From contig CM022671.1 of NCBI GenBank assembly GCA_012295275.1, forward strand, positions 26,040,001 through 26,104,000: a stretch of 64,000 bases of DNA, read 5' to 3'. Positions within the stretch are counted from its first letter, which is position 1. Each line of letters opens with the position of its first letter. Below the pieces are notes generated by a model. That model saw only the letters and a program-made list of their open reading frames with translations, did no database searches and was not told where the DNA came from. Shown in pieces: positions 1 to 14,000 of the stretch. The stretch is from Chrysomallon squamiferum. Its lineage: Eukaryota; Animalia; Mollusca. A program made the translations under genes and the position numbers.

Positions 1-85
1 AAAGAATGGACAAAGAAACATCATGAAAAAAAGAAAGTAAACTGAAAATGATTCTCTCTACATTCTGATAAAACTTATAGCTAAC

Positions 86-1090
86 ATGGCAGAAACTCCG
101 AGAAATATTACAGCTGAGCAGAGTAATTTCACAGACTGTAATTATTATGGTTGCATTCCTGATGCTACCTTGGTAGCAGCAGAAATTGTGACTGCTATAT
201 TTGCTGTCTGTGGATCGCTGGGAAATCTACTCACAGTTGTGGCCATAATGACGTCCAATCTGAGATCCTCCATTAATAGCATCCTCATCGGTCACCTCAG
301 TACAGCTCAGATCATTTACTGTAGCATTATTCTCCCTTTTCAGGCACTGACATTCCACCGACACAGTTGGCCACTACATCATGATATATGCGTCTTTGAA
401 GCAGCACTGAGAATTTGGATTATAGGTGTCGACATGATGCTTCTTAGTGCAATAGCCTTCTTTCGTTTTATTCACATCGTCCACTACCAGTTTTATGCCG
501 ACGTCTCATCATTTAAACCTTTTATCATCATCGTAGTGTTTTGTTGGCTGTTTCCGCTAATTTTCAGTTTGACTCCTGTTGTTGGTGTTTGGGGCTCATA
601 TTCGTTTCATTCTCAAACCTTGCAGTGCACCTTCACACAGATGAAGGACAAATCTCACAAATTAACAACAATAACACTAGGATATGTAATACCTGTTTTT
701 TTCATAGTCTTTTGTTATGCCAGAATTGGATGTACTGCCTGCTTTTCAAGAAAAAGGATAGAGCGATCTTTAAGTGAAATGCGAAAACACAAGGTCCAAA
801 AGGATTCATTCCGGCTCACAGCCATGATGTTATGTATATTCTGTCTGTTTCTTCTTGGTACAACTCCTTATTTTACAGTTAACATCTTGGATTCTGAGTT
901 CAAGAAACCCCTGGCTCACATTTGGGCTCCATTCATGGCATGGTTCATGTACTGTATGAACCCTGTGGTGTACACAGTGATGGATGCCAATTTTCACAAA
1001 GCATTCAAGAGATTATTGTTGTGTCAAATATACTTCAAGGACAATTTTAGTTTTACTTCAAGTGCCAGAAATTCACAAGCTGGTGTGTAG
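86..1090 (+). CDS. Intronless rhodopsin-like (class A) GPCR, moody/Tre1/GPR84-like group, 334 aa
   Basis: Seven hydrophobic segments; N-terminal sequons (NIT, NFT); TM1 GN (GSLGNLLT); ECL1 W and C3.25 (SWPLHHDIC); R3.50 in AFFRF; W4.50 (FCW); ECL2 Cys (LQCT); TM5 GYVIP..CYARI; TM7 MNPVVY; helix 8 NFHKAF. The subfamily call is recalled motif similarity, not a search. Confidence 0.93.
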   Translation: MAETPRNITAEQSNFTDCNYYGCIPDATLVAAEIVTAIFAVCGSLGNLLTVVAIMTSNLRSSINSILIGHLSTAQIIYCSIILPFQALTFHRHSWPLHHDICVFEAALRIWIIGVDMMLLSAIAFFRFIHIVHYQFYADVSSFKPFIIIVVFCWLFPLIFSLTPVVGVWGSYSFHSQTLQCTFTQMKDKSHKLTTITLGYVIPVFFIVFCYARIGCTACFSRKRIERSLSEMRKHKVQKDSFRLTAMMLCIFCLFLLGTTPYFTVNILDSEFKKPLAHIWAPFMAWFMYCMNPVVYTVMDANFHKAFKRLLLCQIYFKDNFSFTSSARNSQAGV

Positions 1091-2054
1091 AATTACTCTG
1101 TCTATTATTACACCTCATTTAACTTTCAACAGATTTAATAAATTTGAGGACTGGATATTCAAATTAAAACAACAACAATAACAATAACAAAACACTAAAC
1201 TACAATGATGATTGTTGTATGTGTATTAAATATTGATAAGTGATAGTTTTGATGTTTCTAGGCTTTTTTGTTATATTAAAAATGAAATAAATGAGAATTA
1301 TTGTTTTTAATTTCTAATGTTTCTTTCTCAGTTTTATTAAAAATAACTATTCCAGTTTTACAAAAATAACATTTAATTGGTTATTCATCAGATATTAGAA
1401 TGCAAGCTCTTAACAAAAATTTCATTAAACCTAACTCAAACCTAAATATAAAAGATAATGCTACAAAATTCATCAGTTATTGTGAAAGTGTATATTATTA
1501 ATTTCCAGAAATTAATATGATAGATGTTAATAATAAAGTGTGTGATAACAGATTGATTGATGCTATCAAATAACTGTTTTAAAGTAGTCTGACAGAATTT
1601 AACGTCAGTAATCTGACGTAACTGTTTTCTGAAAAAATAAAAAATAAAAAATCCACCTGGTTCAACATTTGACAATAGTCTACATTAACACACACACCAG
1701 CATATATAATAAAAATAATAAAAATATAAATAATAAAAATATAAAAATAAAGAAAAGGATAATGTTCTTTTAATTAATTAAATAATTAAACAGTGTTTAA
1801 TAACTGCATTTCACTTATATATACTAACACTACAAATGTCTTCAGAACACTTATTAGAGTAAGTGTGTGATGGACTGCTGGATGGAAAGTAATGTATTAA
1901 GACTATCTGCAGCAGTCAAGAAAACTAGGTCTAAATAATGTATATTTGGCAATTGTGATGCATTAGATTTCTAAATGCAGTCTGTTAACAGAACATATAC
2001 AGAATACGTAATTACCTACAGCTTATTGGACAAAATGATATTTTATTTAATGAA

Positions 2055-2086
<32 letters not shown>

Positions 2087-3428
2087 AAATGTATGTATGT
2101 ATGTATATAATATAACCATTATAACCTCACTTAATTATCAATGTTAACATTATCACTATAGCCACTGATATATATATTTAAAGAATCCCGAACAATGACT
2201 AATTCTCAAGTGTGTGTGTGTGTGTATACATATATACATACATACATATATATATAGAAAACAAACCGTAACACACAACAATCCTTATATTATTTATCAT
2301 ACCAAATATCTTCTGATTTTCCAAATAAATAAAAAGAATTTGTAAACTATGAACTGAAACATTCACATGTCATAATCAACCTGAAATACATGACAATTTT
2401 TATTAGCATTAATTCATGAGTTGCCAAGAAGAGAATAAGAAATGGGCTTTCTGTCATGCAGAATCAAATAAAAGAATTATTCAGCATGTCCTCTGTGAGA
2501 AACATATTGAAGATTACTAGTTATATGAGATCAAAACACTCTTACAAACTGTGTGCGTCAGACTGGCAAATCATTTCCGACAATAATTGGACATTAATAT
2601 CATCATCACATGAAGTTGATACAATCTTGTTTGGAAGAATTGTGGAACTAAAAAACATAAATGAGAGACAAGCAAAATTGATCTGTTGCAGTGAATGGTC
2701 AGAAATAATTCTGAGAGTATTGTCATTTATATGCTTGAATAAATGTGCAATAATGTATTTTGTCATATTTTTTCATGTTTTGTGTACACACAATTTTTTT
2801 TTTTTTAAATTTGGGAAGAGGATGATGTTACTGCAATACTTACATGGATTTGTCTGAGGTTTTTGCTTTTTTCTCTTGAAGTTGTGAAAGAGATGGAATT
2901 TTAACTACAAAGAAAGGAAATATCATTTTTTTAAATAATAACATTAATTTACTGTTCATAATAGAATTGAATAACAGTATCTGAACACATTTAACGTCAA
3001 TTGTTTCTAAATGCCTAAATTATGATATCTTTTAATTTTTTAAAATTAATATCATAATGAAAAATGTTCATTCCATTATTAGCAATAAGATTTTTTTTTT
3101 CCTCTTGCATTACATTTTATTAGCTTTCAAAAGAAATTACAAAACATTTTATGTAACAAAAACAGTAGTGAACAGTTAAGCAAGTTAGTTTCTTTACATT
3201 AAAGAAAGAAACATTTAACAGTATTTAAAAGCATTGTCGTATTTAAGGTTTAGCCATTTCAGTTACAGTAAGTTCAATAGTAAAAAAAAAAAAATTATAA
3301 AATGTTTGTGAATATTTACCAGATTAAAAAATTCTTTTGTTCTTTGTATGAGTTTAATTTCTATCAGGTTTAAAATTATTCTATCAGTAACAAAATAATT
3401 TATTAGGCTAGGCTTTATTTTTTAAAAA

Positions 3429-3475
<47 letters not shown>

Positions 3476-4162
3476 AATTGAAATAATGCTGAGTTGTAAA
3501 TTTATAAAAAATAGTTGCATCTGATATCTCAAATAAGATTAAATGTTTAGATATAACACACGATTTTCTGCTTTAAATCCTCTCCAAAAATATTTATAAA
3601 AATTAGTGCTGGTTTTGAATACTGTCTACTAAAAACTTAAAATGGTGAACAATATGTCATGGTGACATACATAATAATTTCTACAGAAGCCTAATAACTT
3701 GAAACTATATCAACCTGCTTGTCCTGTGGGTTATATACTGTTACATCTAGCACTTTAGTTACTAATAAATCAATGACAAAAATGACCTGACAGTACTAGG
3801 CATTTTTAAGATCTTTTCTGCTTATTTTTAGAACTGGTTTCTTCTTTATTAATTACGACAATTACCATAACAGCCACTTGATGTACATATCTTAAAACAT
3901 TCAGTACTTTTTTCTTATTATTTCACAACCATTAAAGAAAAAAAAGAAGAAAAAAAACATGTTCTTCCCCAGAAAAATAATAATAACTACAGAAGCAAGT
4001 GTTAATAATACATCCTATATAAGGCAGTGTATCATACTTACATATATAATTAATTCTTAGGAGGAAAAAAACAACAAAAACAGCTATGACATAATCTAAA
4101 AAAGTGATTCTGCATAATAAAATAAAATAATTAAAAATACATATGAATAAATAACAACTCAC

Positions 4163-6332
4163 CTCTGAATTTTAATGATTTCCAATATTTCTTCTGAGTA
4201 TCAAGTACATTACAAAGAGTTTCAACAGCACTGTAAATGAAAAAAAATAAAAAAAGAATGTAAAGACTTATTCCAGCACTGAAACAAAATCAAGCTAATA
4301 CTAATGCATATATTTTTAATTAATTATTTTTAAAATGTATTAATTTTTTTTAAATTTTTTTTATTCTGATTCAGGTTTAATGGGTTTGCTTATGTTGGTG
4401 TATATATATATATATATATATATATCTGTGTATTCTTCTGTTTTTTTAATAATTTATTTTTTAATTACAGGCACAAACAATATGTAACATACTTTATATA
4501 TAAATATACAACTGGCAGAATAACAAACAAGCAGTTAATCAAATTGCATAACTTTGCGAAAACTAATATCTGTTATTAATAATATATAAAATGTTTTTCT
4601 TTGTTTCTGTGGAGGGTACATTCTAAATGTTATATATTACCTCTTCCAGCTAGGATCTATTAATAATGTGTAACTTTATTATGTAAGGTTAGGCTGTTAA
4701 TATTATTGCTTTAAATAAGATAAAAAAAAACTCTATATGGTTCAGTTAACTTATTTTACAATGGATGATTATTTAGACACATTAAACTCTGGCATGTATC
4801 CATAATCTTGATTCCAAAAACAACTAGTAATAAGGTGGGTGCAGAGTCGTGTGATGTGCATCAGCAGTCTTCCCAACATAAACAACAATGAGGCATCTGC
4901 GAGTTACAAGCAAATAATTGCATTAGGCAGACAGTGCTGCAAAGTGTTAACACCATCTGACACGCTGTTTTATAACCATTTAACTTAGCATTACCATTTT
5001 ATGATATGACTTTACAACATGACTTCTTTTCTGATTCTCAGAACTCAAGCAAGATGTGGGCAATAAAATGTAATAACACACACACACACACACACACAGA
5101 GGTTGGACTGAGATGAAATGAACAATTAATATCTTAAATCACTCAGAAAAGATGAACTTTTTCTTCTTTTGTTTTCCTTCATTTTTTTGTTTTGTTTCTT
5201 TTTTTTTGTACTTTTAATTTGTACTATTATTTTTCTTTCTTTTTTTTCTTTTTTTCAAAGTAAAGTTACAAAACATATATATCTAACAATAAATATCAAA
5301 CTTCATCTTGATCCTTTGCTGTGGAATAACTGAAACACATCCAGAGAATTCGTGAACCAATTTTCATGACAATGAAATATTAAATGTATGACAGAAAATG
5401 ACATTTCCAGTGGTGAATTCTTAATAATTTTAGTTCTATGTTACAATTCTGTCAGTTGGTCACTGTATTAACTGACATTAGATATAAAAAAATATGGTTT
5501 CTCTTAACATATTTCAGTAGGAACTGTGATATCATTACAAATGCCCTAATAAAATAATAATAATAATAAAAACAACTAACCAATAAATAATAAAATAAGC
5601 AGAAGATGAATAAATATATTTCATTTTAAATTTTTAAATTTTGGGGTTTTTTGTTTTGTTTTTTATTTAAAACAATTGCTAAAATAGGAATTTTAAATTA
5701 AATGGAGTTTAGAAAACAGTGTGTACAGATAAATTTATTATGGACTAAACTAAAACAGGTTTAATAGTGCAAAAAGGGATAAGCAGTTTTACTTTCATTT
5801 CCAACAATTAACTGGCAATGTGGTTAGTCATGGAATAATAAGATTACATCTTCTAAAGGAAAAGACAATCCCCAGTGATACCCTCCCAGTATATGTGGTG
5901 TAAATTTCAGTTTCACTTATTCCAACACAACTCTGATAATACAGTACTTAGAACTATGATTGTAGAAATAGATCATAACTGCAAAGAGCTTTTCTAACTC
6001 AGAAATAACACGACTTAAAGTGCACTGGTTTGAAATAATTGTGTGTAGAGGATCCAAAGATCATGTTATTCTGACAGAGAAATTCAATTACCATGCTCCT
6101 ATAACAGCTCTGTAGTATCCACTTGATGGTCTTGAAGCAATGTGATTGAATGGCTGTCACCATGTATACATGACTTGGAAACAGCAGAAATCAAAACCTT
6201 TGACAATCTAATCAATCTGGGAATACAAAGTTTAATATCACTGTCATGACTCAAGCCAAATTATTTGAAACAATTTTTTTTTTTTTTTCCCAGCCTTCCA
6301 CTTTCCAGTATCTCTTATTTTGAAATGATGGA

Positions 6333-6375
<43 letters not shown>

Positions 6376-6385
6376 TCTTCTAATA

Positions 6386-6418
<33 letters not shown>

Positions 6419-8047
6419 TTTTTTTTTTTTTTTTGATGCTCTATATTCTGAGTTTCTGGACCAGATTCCACTGCTCAGATGGGGATTTGGGATAATTTTT
6501 ATTATTATTATTGTTATTATTATGTCTATTATTATTATTATTATTATTATCATCATTATTTTATTAAAAAAAATGTCTTCAGAATATTCATTTATTAACT
6601 GTCTCCTGATCAAAGTGTACAGAAACAAGATATAAATGAATCATGCTGCATTAAACATCTTCAAAAAATCCTTGGTCAACTGACACATAATGATATCAGC
6701 AACAACAGAGAGGTTGTTAATAATTTCATCTTGTTAAACTTGTATTTATTTAGAAGACAGTTTATTTCACACCAAAATGTAATGTGTTATTTTTTTAAAC
6801 AAATATTTTTTTATTAGTTATTTTTTTTAATCCTTTGCATTCGCTGGAATATTACTGCAAGAAAAAAAAAAAATAATAATAATAATAATAAGAAGAAGAA
6901 AAAAAATAAAAAAATAAAAAGTAGAAAATAATTGGGCAGACCTGCTGCTTGCAAGTTCCATTAATCTGGAAATGTATTATTAACTAGTAGCTTGATTAAT
7001 CTTAATGGCAAGCCACTGCTGTCAACAAGCTGTGAAGTATTCTGGTCAGTCAATGGACTGTGCTCCAGTCAGTCACAGTGATGAAGTACACAGTCGTTAA
7101 CAACAACTACAACTTCTCTTCTGTTGACACATTCATATTTTTATAATTACACGAGACGCTTTTCAACCACTCTTGAAATGAAATGTAGGAAGAAAGGAAT
7201 GGTGAAAGAGAAGAAAAAAAATACTGAGGAAATTTTTTGATGAACTTAGTGCAACTTCACTAAGCACAGTCTGAGATGAAACAGGCAAATGTTTGTGACA
7301 CTTGCAAAATCACTTTAATTTAAACTTAGCAACTGCATTTTTAACATTTTGTCTTACTGTATCATTCAGCTGATAAAGAGACAAAAACAAACAACAACTA
7401 CAGAATGAGAAAGTAACATAAATAAATAAATAAATAAATAACTATAAAAAGAGCAAATAAAATATCTATTTTCATTAAAATCTGTGAATTTAAAATATTA
7501 TTAATTATGTGAAATAAATTGGCTATTTCCTGCCTATTCATTCCTATCCTTTAGGCATGCTGAAAATAATTTCAGGTTTAATATATATGGAAATGGACAT
7601 ACTGCAATTTCACATCATGGATTTAATTTCACTAACTGTTACACACATACACAGCCATAGTCTTTTAAAATCATTTACATAAAACAGTCTGAAATATTGA
7701 TCAATACTTAGTTCTAGTTGTAGAAATTTAATTTCCTTTAAATAATTAAATCTTAAAAATTCAATGAACATTGGAAAATTTTAATACTTTTTCTCTCCTT
7801 ATTTTTGTCGACTTCTTTTTTTTTTTTTTTTTTAAAACTATTTTCAAGCTAATTTCCTGTGAATTTAAACATTGGTATCAGATGCAGACATCAATTTTTA
7901 ATCACTTCATTCTGTAAAAGTGACCAAAGCATCACCAGACAAGATGCTATTTTATCTCATTTGAAATGAAATTTATAATCAAAATGTGCAGCACTTATTA
8001 ATGATTTTTAAACAGTTTTTATTGAACAGGACTGGATCCAGGATTTG

Positions 8048-8078
<31 letters not shown>

Positions 8079-11000
8079 ATAAGCAGAAGGCATGCTGTTG
8101 TTGTGCACATCATTTGACATAAAACACAGGATGACACATGTCAGACTGATGACTTCTGAACAATAGCATGCTTTGTTATTAACTAAATGTCTAATCAAAA
8201 TAAATATAACACATAATGTGTGAGAGAGAAAGAGAGAGAGAGAGAGGAATGAAAAATATCAAAATTAAAACATCAGAACCAGTTCATATCTTTAAAGAAA
8301 GTTAATTACATTGCTACAGATTTTTTTAATGTTTTTACTTTTTTTATTTTTGCTCCTGCACACTACATTAATTAACAGAGCAGCAACAAATTTTCATATT
8401 GCACCCTCCCTTAAACAGTAAAGTAGATATCAACAAACTAAGTCATGGAACACTATCATATCTTGTTATTTTCACAGTCTGTCAATCAGATTTCAATCTG
8501 TGAGTCAGCAAAGGAGACTAATGTTAATGTGAATAAACCTTGATACAGATTCTCATTTTTCTTAAGGTTAAAAATCAAACTGCATTTTGAACTGTACACG
8601 AACTTGTAATGACTTGGCAGATCAAACAGGCTAATCTGATGAGGCAGGCTGTGTCAGGTCAGGCCAGTAAGATGGAAGCCAAGTGTTAAGATGATAATTT
8701 TAAACCAACAACACTCTTGTTAATCATAGATATGTTGTTTATTTCCTAATGTTATTCATTATTTTTAGTTGTTGTTGGGTTTTTTAAAAATGTTATGAAC
8801 ATGACAAGTATCTTTCATGAATTAAACTACAATTAAAAGAAAAAAGACCCCAAAACTTGAAAGAAACAACATTTTTTAGAAAAAAATCACATAAAAACAA
8901 ACTTGAATACTTTTGTATTTGTAGTCTTTTTTCCTTGTTTTTTTTTTGTTTTTTTTCTTCTTTTTTTGTATTTTTAATTTTAAGAGCTGTTATTTAGAAA
9001 ACATTCAGCAAAAAATAATAAAAATGAAAGGGTAGGAAAATTAAAGCAAAAAACAAAAGAATTATTATTTTTTTTTTTAAAGAATGAATAACAAAAGTGA
9101 AAATAACTTTCTGAATAATAATAAATGTAACTGTGTAAATTGCTGTCAGATACAAAATAAATAATATTTTAATCTGAGATTGACAGCCTGGGGAGGAACA
9201 TTAACCAAATTAAGTTGATTAATTATTAACATACCAACATTCTAGTAAACTGAAAGAAAAGTAATTAAGTAAGAACAATAAACAAAAAAAACAAAGAACT
9301 ACTAATTACAATTTATTTTCTTTTTTATGAAATGGTTCTATATATTTTTTTTTGCTTTAATTTTCCTTTTATTTTTAATTCACTTTTTCATCCTTTTAAT
9401 TTAAAAAAAAAAAAATGTATTTAATTATTATATTTTTTTTTGTTTCTATTTGTAATTAAAAACTATAATAATTTAAATAACAGATTATAAAGAGTTTAAC
9501 TTAACTTTCAAATTTCTTAAATATTGTTAATAATAATAAAAAATAACAAAATCAACATGTTCATTAACAGATTAACAAAGAATTTTTTTTTTTATTAAAA
9601 GACTGTATTGTTCCCCACCAAAAAAATTAATTAAATAAAAAGTGAAAATAGAAGCAAAAATAATTTTTTTTAAATTATTGCTTTTGAAAAAATAAATAAA
9701 TATGAAAGTATATTAAAATTTAAAAAAAATAAAAATAAATGAATGGAAGTGGAAAATATAAAGGTTAAAACATTTTTTTTTTAAATGAAAACAAGAAATA
9801 TGAATTAAAATTAAATTAAAAAAAAAAAATAAATAAATAAAAAGATAAAAATAAAAAAGTAAAAAATATAAAATAAAAAATGAATTTAATGCAGAAAAAC
9901 CTGTTATTAATATATACAACAAATTCTTAATAGACTGATATTTTAAAAACAAAAAAAATAATGAAACAAGAAAATTAAAAATAGATTTTTTTTTTTTTAA
10001 AAAAAAAAAAAGAAAGAAAGAATATAAAAAATAATAATAATAACTGAATAACAATGTTTTTTTTTTTATATTACTTCAATTAATTTAATGTATTATTATT
10101 ATTATTATCATTTCCGCTTTCTTGCTGCATTACTTTTCTTTCTGTTTATGAAAATGTCAGACAAAATTTAGTTAATATTTATCCTCAGACTATCATTCAA
10201 AGATTAAAAAATACATTTATCTTACATCTGACAGAATTATGAAACACAAATGTTTTAACAAAAATGTATTTCTTTTTTCCCTTTTGAAATTATATACTGG
10301 ATAATTAGGTTTATTTATTACATAAACACAGGTTGTGAACAAAATATTTTTATGAAAGCCATTAGATATAAAATAAAGCTGTTTTACATCTATATTTTGT
10401 TTTATTTTTTATATCTCAAAATGACTCTGATGAAGCTATTATCCAAATTTTCATACTGAATTTTTAATACATGACATTTTAATGAAGAAAAAGATAGTAA
10501 TGAAGGAAAAAAAAAAAAAAAAAAACAAGTCACATTAAATTAACTGTGAGGAATTAAATAAATAATGAACTGGAAATAATACTAGTTGTTTCACTTCATT
10601 ATATATTATGTTTTATTTATTTATTCATTATTTTTGTCTTTTAAGCTTTCGACTTCCACAGTGTTGATTTATTATTTTTCAGAAAGTTATTTTCACTTTT
10701 CTTTTTCATTATTTTCTAAATTTTATTCTTTTTCTGTTTCTGTCTTTTTCTGTTTTTTTGCTTTTATTTTCCTACCTTTTCATTTTTGTTCTTTTTTGTT
10801 GAATGTTTTCTAAAAAAAATAAGTTCTTTTAACCTTCAAGTTTTCTTTCTTGCTTTTCTTCCTTTTTAAAAGGTTTCCCATTTTGTTGCGGTTTTTTTTG
10901 TTTTTGTTTTTTCTTTAGAGTTTCATTTTCTTTGGTAGTTTGAAATGAAAAGATAGGAAAATTAAAGCAAAAAACAGAAATGAAAACTTTTTTTTTTTTT

Positions 11001-14000
11001 TAAATAATGAAATGCAAAAGTGAAAATAAATTTTTGAATAATAATAAATATAACTACGTAAGTTGCTGTAAATATATATATATACATGTATATATTTAAC
11101 AAAAAAAAAAAAATATATTTTTATTCTTTTTACTTTTAAATTATCATTATAATTTCATTTATGTTTCTTATGCACACTTTTTTTTTTAACCTTTTTATTT
11201 TCTATTTCCAGTAATTTTTTTTTTTTCTTTTTTTTTAAATCTTTTTTTTATTTCAACTTTTGCTTTAATTTTTGTCCTTTTTCTTTATTTTAATTTTTAT
11301 GAAATTGTTCTAAAAATGAATCTGGATGTATACTTAAAAAAATAATAATAATAATCAAATCTATCTTAAAAGGAGAAAAATAAATTAGAAAAGATCAAAT
11401 AGAAAATAAAAACTGAAAAAAAAAAAATATATATATTTTTTTTTTTAAGAAACATTTCTTTTTCATTTTTGTTCCAATTTACTTTTAATTTTATTTTCTT
11501 ATGTTTCACTTTTTAACCTTTTTATTTTCTATATCCGTTAACTTTTTTATTTCAACTTTTGCTTTAATGTTTGCTTTTTTAGTTTTTAAATTTCATTTTA
11601 ACCCAATTTTACTTTGTTTTCTATTATTATTAATTAATTCAACCATGAAAATTAAAAAGTCATGACTGAAATTTTGACTTCACTTTCAGATTTCTTAAAC
11701 TTTTATAATTTGTTTTACATTAACCCCCCCCCAAAAAAAAACCCATCTCAACTTGTTTAATACATAAATATTTTTTATAAAAGTGAAATAAATCTTATAA
11801 TTTTAAAGTGACAGTCAGGCAATGACTATTAACCACACTAAACTTTTAATAGAGTAACAAATTCATTGAACAACAAATCATTTTTTATTTTAATCTCATT
11901 TCTTTCTTTTTTAAATTTTGTTCTCCCATTTTATTGTTTTGTTTTTCTACATTTTTTCCTTTTTTTAATTTGTTTTACTATCATTTTCCACTAAATCATT
12001 TTGCATAAGATTTTTTTTTTCATTATCATTTTCATTTCTTTTCTTTTTCAATTCATTTTTGCTCATTTTAATTTTAACATTTTTTTTTTTTTTTTTTTTT
12101 TTTTTTCCATTCATGTTTAATATTTTCCATCTAGCTGATTGAAGTAGCAAGTTTGGGGAAACTGAATTCTGCTATTAAAAACAATTTTGAGAAATCAAAG
12201 GACTAACCTTTCTGAAACTGCAATAGATGGTAGTGAAGGGCACTGGTCACCTAGCAACACTGAAGTACACAAGGCCATTGAAGCAGATATGGAATTCAGA
12301 TTATAACCACCCTTTAAAAAACATGAATAAAAATTTAAAATGACAAAAACAAAAACAAAAAACAACAACAACAACAACAACAATAATAACTTTATTTTAA
12401 TATCTTACAAATAAAAGATTATAATATGTATATCTGACATAAAGTTAACAAATAACCATATTTAAATAGCTTATAATTTTAGTTATATGTTGTTGTTGGT
12501 TTTTAACAAAATCAAAAAACAGTCCAAAACATATTGGACACATAAAGTAATAAAGTAATATAAGAGATTAATAATAACAAAGTAATATGCAAAGAGATTA
12601 CAACAAAATGCAATTATTAACACTTAGATAATTAACATAGATACACATACACACACACCACGTGTGCACACACAAATTTTTTTTCACTATGTAAAACTGT
12701 TGCCAAATAATTAAAATCTGAAATACGTGTTGAATTAAAAAACTAATATATTTGTTTTACCTCAAGAATTAAGACAACTCTGCCATTTGCAAGACCTTTT
12801 AACATGTGTGTCATATGTCCGTAACATTCAGGTGTGACATCAAACCCACCCTAGAACAAAAATAAACATACAAAATTTATGATTACCTATTTATTTATTT
12901 TGTTAAATTGAATATAAATCATTAAAAATACCAACAGGAACAATTTTTACTTTTAATGAATTAAAATACTTTTTTCAAAAGTCGTAATGGCTAAATTTAA
13001 TTTCTAAAGAAGAAATATTTTATTTTTAATTTTTGTTTTGTTTATGTTTTTAAAAAAGAAATATTAAAAATATATTAAACTGTAAAACTGATTATTTGAA
13101 GATTAATCAGACCATTTTATTTGAATCTAGATAAAATGATTAACAAAGGATGTGAGATAACTCGTAATAAAACTATTTTACTTTTACATTCAGGTCATAA
13201 ATATTCCTTTTCATTTTCAATAAAGATCACATTTGATTCATAGCCAGTTTCATGGTGTCATAATTTTAATACTTCAAAAACAGAAACCTTTGAGTTAATA
13301 TTTAGCATGACTTAGTTAAAAAAAAGTTATTTCCTCCTGATTTATTATCTTGGCATTTATGATGCTTCAGAAATAAAATAAAAGTAGTAGAAGCAGTGAA
13401 ACATTTTGCCTTTAGAATAAAAATAATAAAAACTCTCACCAAGGGATCTCCTCTGGCAGCATCAAAGCCTGCAGACACTAAAACTAATTCTGGTGCAAAC
13501 TGAAAAAAAAAACAAAAAAAACCATAAATAAATAAATAAATATAAATAAAATAAACTAACTTTTCACTTTCAGCTAAATACTAATTTATAATTTATCCCT
13601 TTATTTATTTTTATTATTATTATTATTTTTTTAAATATCCACACACAGAAACTGTAAGAAGTACATTAAAAATGAATATTTCACTCACCTCATAAGCTAT
13701 AGGCATGACGACCTGGTGAAAAGCTGCAATGTATTCTGAAGTGCCTGTCATCTCACAGCTCTAAAACAAGCACATTAGATCACAATAATACTCGATTAAA
13801 ACTTAAAATCAGTTATAGACAAATATCAAAATGAAACTCTAAAAATATCTGTCTAGAAAAGATAATCTACAAAAAATTACCATTCATCTCTAAGTTTTAG
13901 AAAAAGAAATTTAGCATGAGAGATAAAATTTGAAAAATTAATGATCAAATTGGAACTTTAAAACAGAGCACTCCTGACATAACAGTGGGGTAAATAGTAA

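Noticed and set aside
2456-2857. 133-aa plus-strand ORF and the overlapping minus-strand ORF 2542-2766
   Set aside because: No recognisable motif and no resemblance to the HDAC6 ZnF-UBP; a minus-strand donor near 2545 exists but no convincing exon could be built.
3715-3746. Possible next HDAC6 mini-exon (DVTVYNPQDKQ, phase-compatible)
   Set aside because: Weak acceptor without a pyrimidine tract, weak GTTGAT donor and no homology support; left out of the gene model.
6244-12150. Poly-K/I/N/F ORFs (6244, 6380, 9713, 10586, 11965)
   Set aside because: Translations of homopolymer and trinucleotide tracts in intronic DNA.
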